Shown: positions 57,034 to 64,000 of the stretch, in pieces
Layout: every line of letters begins with the position of its first letter
Position numbering within the stretch: position 1 is the stretch's first letter
NCBI GenBank assembly: GCA_965214405.1
Contig: OZ243956.1
Span: 4,434,327-4,498,326 of the forward strand
Direction of reading: 5' to 3'
Source of the DNA: Trueperaceae bacterium
Lineage (GTDB): Bacteria > Deinococcota > Deinococci > Deinococcales > Trueperaceae
Length of the DNA stretch: 64,000 bases
The notes under the pieces: model-generated
The model's database searches: none
The model's input: the letters and a program-made list of their open reading frames with translations, nothing else
What the model was told of the DNA's origin: nothing
Program-made: the position numbers and the translations under genes

Positions 57034-60000
57034 TTAATCCTGAGACCCCTCGGCCAGCCCCCGCCACCACGCCACGAGCGCGTCGGGGGGGCGCAGGCTG
57101 CTTTCCAGGGCGCTGTCAGTAAGAGCCAGGCGCTCACGGAGCCCGCCGTAACACGCCCAACCGCGCGGGACGGCCTCGGCGGCCTCGCCAAACGCGCGCA
57201 GCAGCGCGTCGTGATAGGGCGTTAGCAGGGGAGTGTCGAGCGCGGTTACCAAACCGTCTCCCGCGGCGGCGGGGGTGCCGGTGAGGATATGGGCGCGGAA
57301 CTTGGTGGACGCGAGCCAGGCCAGCAGACCCACGTCCCCCGCTTCCTGTTCCCCTTGCGACGTTTCCCGGGAAAGCTCCCGCGACTTTTCAAAGGCGTCG
57401 TGCGCGCGGCGCGTTTCATCCAGGGCGGCGTCGGGGTCGCCCGCGCGGAGCAGGGCGGCGGCCAGGTAGGCGCGGCTCTGCGCCTCCGGGTAGGGGAAGC
57501 GGGCGCTCCCTAGGGAGGCCCGGGCTCGAGCCACCCCCTCGCCCGGCGGGGCCACGAGGCTCGCCACGAGCAGGCCCTTGCGCAGGAGCGGCCCGTAACG
57601 CTCGGGGCCGTCGGGATGCGCCTCGACGTCCTCGAGAACCGCGCGAATCAGGTGACGGGCGTGAGTCACATCCGCCTGGCCCAAACCTGGTTTGTCAGGC
57701 GTGGGGGCGTCAAGGTTTGTCAGAGGAAAATGGTAGGGCTGACCAAAACCCCGGCACCAGTAGAGCAGGCCCAGCCGCAAGCGGGTACGGAGGAGGCGAA
57801 ACGAAGCGTCCACCTCAAAGGCGCGCGCGTAGGCCCTAAACACTTCCGAGTTGCGGCTCAGCACCAGCACGGCCTCCGCAAACGCGCCCCTGGCGAGCAG
57901 GAGCACGGCGCGCTCGTCTTCGACCTTGGCCCGTTCAAAATCGCGCGCCGCCGCCGAGCCGGTGGGGGAGAGCTCGAGCGCCCGCAACGCCGCCGCGAAA
58001 TCCCTCTCAGCTTCCCCGAACGCGCCTCGCCTGCGCTGCAACGTCGCGCGCCGCGCCAGGTAACGCGCCCGTTCAAACGCGGTCGCCTCGCCCGCGAGAG
58101 CGACCGCTTCTGAAAGCGCCGCCAGCGCCCCGTCAAAGCGCCCCAACTGCATCCTCACGTCGCCCGTTTGAAACGCGACGCGCGCGCGGACGAGGTCGTC
58201 GTCGGTCTGGACGCTCCCGAACTCGCGCAGCGCGCCCTCCAGATCTCCCCCGTCCTTGGCGATGAGCCCCGCCCAGACCGCGACCTTGGCGTGGACAAGG
58301 CCCCCGTTCGCGCGGGGCGGGATGTGGGGGAGTTCGGTCCGGGCCTCCTCTTCAACCCGCGCGGCGGCCTCGCCCAGCCCGCCCCGCCAGCGGGCGACGC
58401 TCGCGCGCGCGAGCGCCAGCTCGGCCTTTAGGGTGGCGCTCAGCGGCGCGTCCGGTTTGAGCGCGTCGGGCGCGTTCGCCAAGAGCGCTTCCGCGCGTTC
58501 GAACTGCCCCCGCAGCACCGCGCCCTCGGCCCGCTTGAGCCGCGCCCAGGCGCGCAGGTGCGCGTCGGGGGAGGCGGCCAGAATCTCAAAGGCGGCCACC
58601 GCGTCGGGGTGGTCGTAGGAGCCCAAGCGGACGTAGTGTGCCGCGACGGGTTCTGCGACCCTCTCGAGCCCCTCCCCAAGCTCCGCGCTGGCGGCTTCCC
58701 AAATCCGGTGCAGGAGCGCCTGCGGGACGCTGTGTTCGCTCAGCCAGCTTTCGAGCGTTGCCCAGTCGCGCGCCTCAAACGTGTGAAGGAGGTAGCGCGT
58801 GGCCGCCTCGCCCCGGGGTGCTTCTTGCGCCGCCGCCGCGTAGTGCCCCGCCGCCGCCCCGCTAAGCAGGCGGTAGCGCGCGGGGTCGGCCTTTTGCAAG
58901 CGCCCCCTTAGCGAACGCGCGAGCTGCCGCGAAAAAGGACGCCACACCCCCGCCTGACCGGGCACGGGGTCCAAAAAGGCCTCCTCGAGCCCGCTCAAGT
59001 TCCCCCACCCGGGTTTGCGCAGGCTCCGCAAGGCAGAAACGTGAAACGGCGACTCGGGCAGCGACAGCACCGCCAGCGCGGCCAAAAAGTCGCGCAAGCG
59101 ACCCTCGCCCGCGGTCTCGACGAGGCGACTCAACGCCTCCAAATGCTTAAGGGTCGAAGCGCCGTCTGCACGTTCTGGCGCGTCCGGGTCGGCGTGTACC
59201 GCTCCCTCGTCCCAACCCTCACCCTGCGGCCCGCCCTCACGGATCTCGGCGAGAAGCGTTAAGGTGCGCAACTCCTCAAAGGAGCGGCCCGCGCGCGTGA
59301 CCAGCGCCTCCTGTTGCGCACTTGGCAGGTCGGGCAGCCGCCCTTTGACAAAGCGCCGCGCCTCATGAAGCGTGGGCGGGCTCAGCTTGACGGGCTTGCC
59401 GAACGCGCTCAAGTAGGGAAGCGCCCGCACGGGCAGGTCGGGGGTACACACCAAAAGGCTGAGGTGGGGTAGCGCGCTCAGAGGTGCCAGCAGCGACGCC
59501 CACAGCCACTCCGCGGCGTTCACGCGCGGCACGTCGGGGGTGTTTAAGCGCAGGGGTGCGTCGCCCTGACCTGCGCCCATACTCTCCTGCGCGGCCAGCG
59601 AGCCCGACACGTACAAAAGCAGTACGGTGGGCCCGTTGTCCTTGAACGCGTCGTGTTTGAGGGCGTCCAAAAACACGCGCGCCACCCCCGCCTGGGCGTC
59701 GGCCTGGACGGCGTAGGCCCCCCGGTTGATTCTGGCGAGCCGCGCTTCAACACGCTGCGCGGGAACGCCCAAGGCTTGCGCGAATCGGCCCAACGAGGCG
59801 GTGAGGTCGCCCGTAAACTCCAGGCGGATGATGCGCGGCGCGGCCCTCTGCGGCCCGTCGAGCGCCCCCTGCACAAAGTCGAGCAGCAGCGTTTTGCCCG
59901 AGCCGGGCCGCCCGGTCACGAGCACCTTGGGACCCTCGCCGCCCCGCACGCCGCTCACGAACTCCCCGTACACGCGCCTTTTCTCACGCCCCGGCAGCCC

Positions 60001-60309
60001 CGTCGCCTCTTCGGCGTGGCCGCCCACCGACAAGAGCGCGTCGAGCTCGGGTGCCTGCAACGCCCCCTTGTCAAGACCCTCCCACAGCTCCTTCAAAAGC
60101 TCAAAGAGCGCGCGCTTGTCCGCCACCTTGCCCTTGTCGCGGTAGATAATGTTCCTTACCACGTTGGGGTTCGCCCCGCGCGCCTCCATCGCCTTGCGCA
60201 GCCAGTTGATCGAGCCCACGACCCCGTTCTCGTCGCGCCGCCCATGAAGCTCACGCCGCACCTCTTCAAAAAGGTGCCGCCAGGGGCTTTCACGAGGAGG
60301 CGTCGCCAC
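57034..60309 (-). CDS. Large P-loop NTPase / TPR-like repeat protein (STAND-like architecture)
   Basis: Small helical N-terminal domain, Walker A VTGRPGSGKT, long Ala/Leu-rich helical repeats (GRFDGALAALSEA, GAFGEAERDF). Confidence 0.75.
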   Translation of the reverse strand: MATPPRESPWRHLFEEVRRELHGRRDENGVVGSINWLRKAMEARGANPNVVRNIIYRDKGKVADKRALFELLKELWEGLDKGALQAPELDALLSVGGHAEEATGLPGREKRRVYGEFVSGVRGGEGPKVLVTGRPGSGKTLLLDFVQGALDGPQRAAPRIIRLEFTGDLTASLGRFAQALGVPAQRVEARLARINRGAYAVQADAQAGVARVFLDALKHDAFKDNGPTVLLLYVSGSLAAQESMGAGQGDAPLRLNTPDVPRVNAAEWLWASLLAPLSALPHLSLLVCTPDLPVRALPYLSAFGKPVKLSPPTLHEARRFVKGRLPDLPSAQQEALVTRAGRSFEELRTLTLLAEIREGGPQGEGWDEGAVHADPDAPERADGASTLKHLEALSRLVETAGEGRLRDFLAALAVLSLPESPFHVSALRSLRKPGWGNLSGLEEAFLDPVPGQAGVWRPFSRQLARSLRGRLQKADPARYRLLSGAAAGHYAAAAQEAPRGEAATRYLLHTFEARDWATLESWLSEHSVPQALLHRIWEAASAELGEGLERVAEPVAAHYVRLGSYDHPDAVAAFEILAASPDAHLRAWARLKRAEGAVLRGQFERAEALLANAPDALKPDAPLSATLKAELALARASVARWRGGLGEAAARVEEEARTELPHIPPRANGGLVHAKVAVWAGLIAKDGGDLEGALREFGSVQTDDDLVRARVAFQTGDVRMQLGRFDGALAALSEAVALAGEATAFERARYLARRATLQRRRGAFGEAERDFAAALRALELSPTGSAAARDFERAKVEDERAVLLLARGAFAEAVLVLSRNSEVFRAYARAFEVDASFRLLRTRLRLGLLYWCRGFGQPYHFPLTNLDAPTPDKPGLGQADVTHARHLIRAVLEDVEAHPDGPERYGPLLRKGLLVASLVAPPGEGVARARASLGSARFPYPEAQSRAYLAAALLRAGDPDAALDETRRAHDAFEKSRELSRETSQGEQEAGDVGLLAWLASTKFRAHILTGTPAAAGDGLVTALDTPLLTPYHDALLRAFGEAAEAVPRGWACYGGLRERLALTDSALESSLRPPDALVAWWRGLAEGSQD

Positions 60310-60442
60310 AGCCTATTTTACGGTGAGCGCTTACAAGAGTACACAGCTTTGGACAACGGTTGAGGACGCGTCGAAGATGCTAAGGCTTAACGCTGTGCTA
60401 CTTTGTACGGGTGAAATCCTTGGCGGCTTGAAAGGAGTGGGC

Positions 60443-61018
60443 ATGACGACGTGGGACGAGTTCGAACCGCGCCACAAAAAGTTGGCGGAAAGGCCCCTAA
60501 CCGCAAAGAACGTGCAGCTCTGGCTGCACGACTGGAGCGACTTGGACAAGGACGTGCTCGAGGCCCTCACCCGCCTTATGCGCGCCCGCGACGAGAACAC
60601 GGCGGACGAGGAGGCGGGGCAAGCTTACTTAGACTTTGTGACAGACGTTTACCCCAGGGTGCAGGTCGCCGGTCAAAACTTGACGCAGAGGCTGCTCGAG
60701 GTGGCGTTCGAGCCCCCATTAGACCAGCTCGAGCTTTTGCGCCGCTTTCGCAACGAGGCCGACTTGTTCCGCGAGGCCAACGTGCCCGTTAAAACGGAAC
60801 TCGAGACGCTCAGCAGCGAATTCCAAGAAATCAAAGGCGGTCTTATGGTCACGCTGGAGGGCGAGCGGATGACCGTTCCGCAAGCTGAAAAACGCCTGTT
60901 GGACACCGACCGCGCCCGCCGCGAAGCCGCGTGGCGGGCTATTGACGAGGCTGAGGCGACGGTGCGAGAGGATTTAGACGGCCTCTTTCTCCGGATGCTC
61001 CCCCTACGGCGGCAGCTA
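60443..61018 (+). pseudogene. pepF: Oligoendopeptidase F (M3B) N-terminal part, truncated by IS
   Basis: WLHDWSDL, ADLFREANVP, DTDRARREAAW, LRRQL then IS at CTAG; the catalytic HExxH half is absent from the window. Confidence 0.75.
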
Positions 61019-61938
61019 GGGTCTGTCTGACAGAAGGGATGAAGATGGTTTAGGGTAGGCGTATGGCACGAACAGACCTAAAAGAGCAGCAGTGGCAAGC
61101 ACTAAAACCGCATCTACCCCCCAATCCCCAACGGGGTCACAACTACCGCAACCACCGACAGGTCATCAACGGCATTTCGTGGCGCTTGAAAACAGGCGCT
61201 CCCTGGCGCGACGTTCCTGAACGCTACGGACCTTGGCAGACCTGCTGGGACCGCTTCACGAGGTGGGAGCGCAACGGTGTCTGGAAGCGCATCCTGCACA
61301 GGCTTCAAGCTCACGCCGATGCGGCGGGTGAGATTGATTGGGACGGCGCAGCGTTAGACAGCTCTCATATTAAAGCGCACCGCAGCGCCAGCGGGGCGAG
61401 GAAGCGGCCTGCTGAGGGTGAAAAAAGGGGACCTTAGCAGACGAGTGGCTGGGACACTCACGCGGAGGCCACACCAGCAAGGTGCATACCTGCGCGGACG
61501 GCAAAGTGCGACCCCTGTCCGTGGTCATCACGGCGGGACAGCGCAACGACGCCGCTTGGCTAGAGCCGGTCTTGGACGAGATTTATGTGCCCCGCCTTGG
61601 CAGAGGGCGACCGCGTAAGCGCCCCCCTCAGCTTAGACTCGACCGCGCTTATGGTTTCAACAAGCAGCGGAAGATACTAAGGCGCAGGGGCATCATCTGT
61701 ATCAGCCCCGAGCGCGAAGATGCCAAGAAGTCTCGCTTGTCTAAGGGCACAAAAGGTGGACGACCTCCTGCTTTCGATAAGCAAGCCTACAAAGGACGTA
61801 ACGTGGTCGAACGCTGCATCAACCGACTTAAAGACTTTCGCGCCGTTGCCACCCGCTACGACAAACGCGGCAGAAACTACCGTGCTGGTGTGCTCCTCGC
61901 CTCCATCATCCTCTGGCTTTGATTAGTCAGACAGACCC
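61019..61938 (+). mobile_element. IS5 family (IS427-like) element, ~920 bp
   Basis: TIRs GGGTCTGTCTGAC / GTCAGACAGACCC, CTAG context at both ends; ORFs with [13 protein letters not shown] and [15 protein letters not shown], slippery AAAAAAG at ~61421. Confidence 0.92.
61063..61922 (+). CDS. IS5 family transposase (-1 frameshift)
   Basis: orfA 61063-61437 and orfB ending 61922, overlapping at GAAAAAAGGGG. Confidence 0.85.
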
Positions 61939-62024
61939 TAGTTGCCATCCATGCTGTTGGCCCGTCAAACTGGTGATGAAGACATCAGTTCTGGAGGCTA
62001 CACAGCATGGACGACGACTTTATT

Positions 62025-63095
62025 AAATCATCTGCGAAATAGCCCTATCATCAGCTGTGCTTGGCAGCGACTATGTTTTTTCTCAGTCACCTGTTCGTCA
62101 CCAGGCCAAGCGGTTCAACTTTCTAAAATTGTGAAGTCCGGCAATAGCCAAGAAGGTGTCGTCGTAAAGGCTGTGGTCACCTCTATAGATAGCGGCTAAG
62201 AGCTTGAAACGCTTGAGATGGGCAAAAGCATGTTCAACCGGGATACGGAAAGTGCTGATGCTTTGGTTGAGATATTTTTGGATGAGGTCTAGGGGTTTGT
62301 TGCGTCTTGCTTTGCTAGGTTGATGAAAGGTGCGTTCGGGAGTTCCTGGTCGATACTGTCATAGCCTTTGTCTAAGCCTACGTCAACCTCAGTGGGTAAA
62401 TCGCGTAACACCTGAGAAGCTCTAAGAAGATGCAAGTCGCTGACTTTGCCGGGAACCGAGCGCGACAGATGTAGAAAGAGACCGCCTTTACTGGTCGTAG
62501 CCTGGGTTTTGAGGCTGTGGCATTTGTTTTTGCCTGAATAGTTGTCTTTGCGTTTTTGCCTGTCTTTAGGTTTCTGAACCTGCTGTTCGGTAGCGTCAAT
62601 GAGCACGTCTTGTATCTCAGGATGCTTCTGTAGAAGTTCTTCTAAACTGCCGATACGTTTGTTGGTCTTACTGGCTTCGCTAAATAGAGGCTCCTCCTGG
62701 ACAGGTACAGGTAAAACATCAGCCAGCAAGGGCTGCAAGCGTCTGATCAGGCGACTGACGTTACTATCGTCTAAATCAAACAAATAGCCCAACAGCAGTT
62801 GCGTGATATACAGGCGGTAGTAAATCAGTACCACCAAGACCTGATCCTCTAAGTCTAACTTCGGCAAACGTCCCCCACCCGGAGCCCGCTGGCGCTGCTT
62901 AGCTTGCCGCAAATCATTGTTTGCCTGCTGCTCGCTCTGCGCTTCCGCTACCGCCGCTACCAGCGTGTCGAACTGGTCCACGCTCAAACCGCTGAAGTTG
63001 TGAAAGTGTCTGGGTCTTTTTCTCAGTCGTTCGGCACCTAGCATATGCTATACTTTACCGTAAGTTCCCTTCGTTGTTTATTTCGCAGAGGATTT
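62025..63095 (-). mobile_element. IS5 family (ISL2-like) element nested in the IS982 transposase
   Basis: TIRs AAATCATCTGCGAAATA / TATTTCGCAGAGGATTT; 3-bp ATT duplication at 62022-62024 and 63096-63098. Confidence 0.85.
62098..63044 (-). pseudogene. DDE_Tnp_4-type transposase with a frameshift
   Basis: LIDATEQ, YSGK, DKGY, then a frameshift near 62340 into RIPVEHAFAHLKRF...GLHN, stop at 62098. Confidence 0.8.
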
Positions 63096-64000
63096 ATTGT
63101 AACTGTCTACTGCATCATCAGTGACACCCTCGAAAGGTCTGGGCATCAGACGCATAAGCTGGCTAAGGTGAGTGACGCCGAAGTTCTCACCGTCGCCGTG
63201 GTGGCGGCCAAGTTTTTTGGCAACCACCAAGAACGCGCGCTCTGCTTGATGGTCAAGACCGGCACCATCGGCCCTTTGAGTGTTTCCCGGTATAACCGTC
63301 GTGTCCACGCGCTCGCCTCTTGGCTCGAGAGTATCCTCAACATTCTCACATCCCTTTTTACCCAACAGCAGGTGTTTATCATCGACAGCATCCCACTACC
63401 GGTGTGCAGGCGTGTGAGGGCGAGGCGTTGCAAAAAGGTCAGGGGCAAAGCCTTTTGTGGCTACTGTGCGCCGAAAAAGGAGAAGTTCTTTGGCTGGCGT
63501 TTGCATCTCATTTGTGACGCTCGGGGCGTGCCGGTAAGCTACAGCCTGGTAGAGGCGTCTTATCATGACCTGACCCCGCTGCATGAGCTGAGCTACGCGT
63601 TACCTCAAGGCTCAGTTTTATACGGAGACAAAGCCTACCTGAGCGCCCCTGATGAGGCGAGTCTGCAAGAGGCGTGTGAGTGGTGCTGGTTACACCGAAA
63701 CGCAAGAACATGAAAGAGCAAAACACCTTGTCCGAGACGTTCGGTTTACAGCGTTACCGCCTGGGCATAGAAACCATGAACTCGCAGCTTGAAAGTATGG
63801 GCCTGCAACGCTTACGAGCAAGAACGAACCAGGGCTTCTTTATCAAGGTTCACGCTTCTCTATTTGCGCTCGTCTGCACCAACCTGCATGAACTCGACTA
63901 GCAATTAGAGTAACCCTATTTCTTTGGTTCTAAAGGTAAAAAGCCGGGCGTTTCATCCCGGCTTCGGAAAGTTTGAAAGGGTAGACTACTCGTCCAGGGG

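Larger units (their letters stand above)
61938..63911 (+). mobile_element. IS982 family element, disrupted
   Basis: The transposase MDDDFI|VTVYCIISD..SDAEV..IDSIP..FFGWRLH..GDKAY..IET is split by an inserted IS and frameshifted near 63680. IRR ACTAGCAATTAGAGT at 63897-63911; only CTAGT remains of the IRL. Confidence 0.85.

Overview
This is a GC-rich bacterial chromosomal window, most likely Deinococcota (Trueperaceae-like). The evidence is a GlnRS-YqeY fusion and many apparently leaderless genes with TANNNT 5-7 nt before the start codon. Housekeeping and metabolic genes include glnS, tRNA-Ile(GAT), tRNA-Arg(CCT), nrnA-like DHH, HMG-CoA lyase, HtrA, LOG, NYN and a MASE1-GGDEF-EAL protein. Accessory content includes: a secreted collagen-like protein with about 182 Gly-X-Y triplets; an arsR-arsC-aquaporin operon inside a duplicated DUF72/GIY-YIG scaffold with an orphan Panacea antitoxin; an FMN-riboswitch-controlled RibY-type ABC system; a sugar ABC/PfkB/DeoM-like operon; a YfaT/alpha-2-macroglobulin locus; a complete 2-hydroxyisobutyryl-CoA mutase operon (gntR-hcmB-hcl-meaH-hcmA); a SmtB/ZntA heavy-metal locus; and a large P-loop/TPR protein. 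Two apparently identical 1359-bp ISKra4/ISLre2-like elements lie in inverted orientation. They share a 9-bp target duplication split between them, implying inversion of the 41.5 kb between them, and each left end sits exactly 40 bp upstream of a -10 hexamer. The right end of the window holds three nested IS elements that truncate pepF. The palindrome CTCGAG is strongly over-represented in host DNA and nearly absent from the IS elements. All calls come from reading the sequence; no database searches were run.
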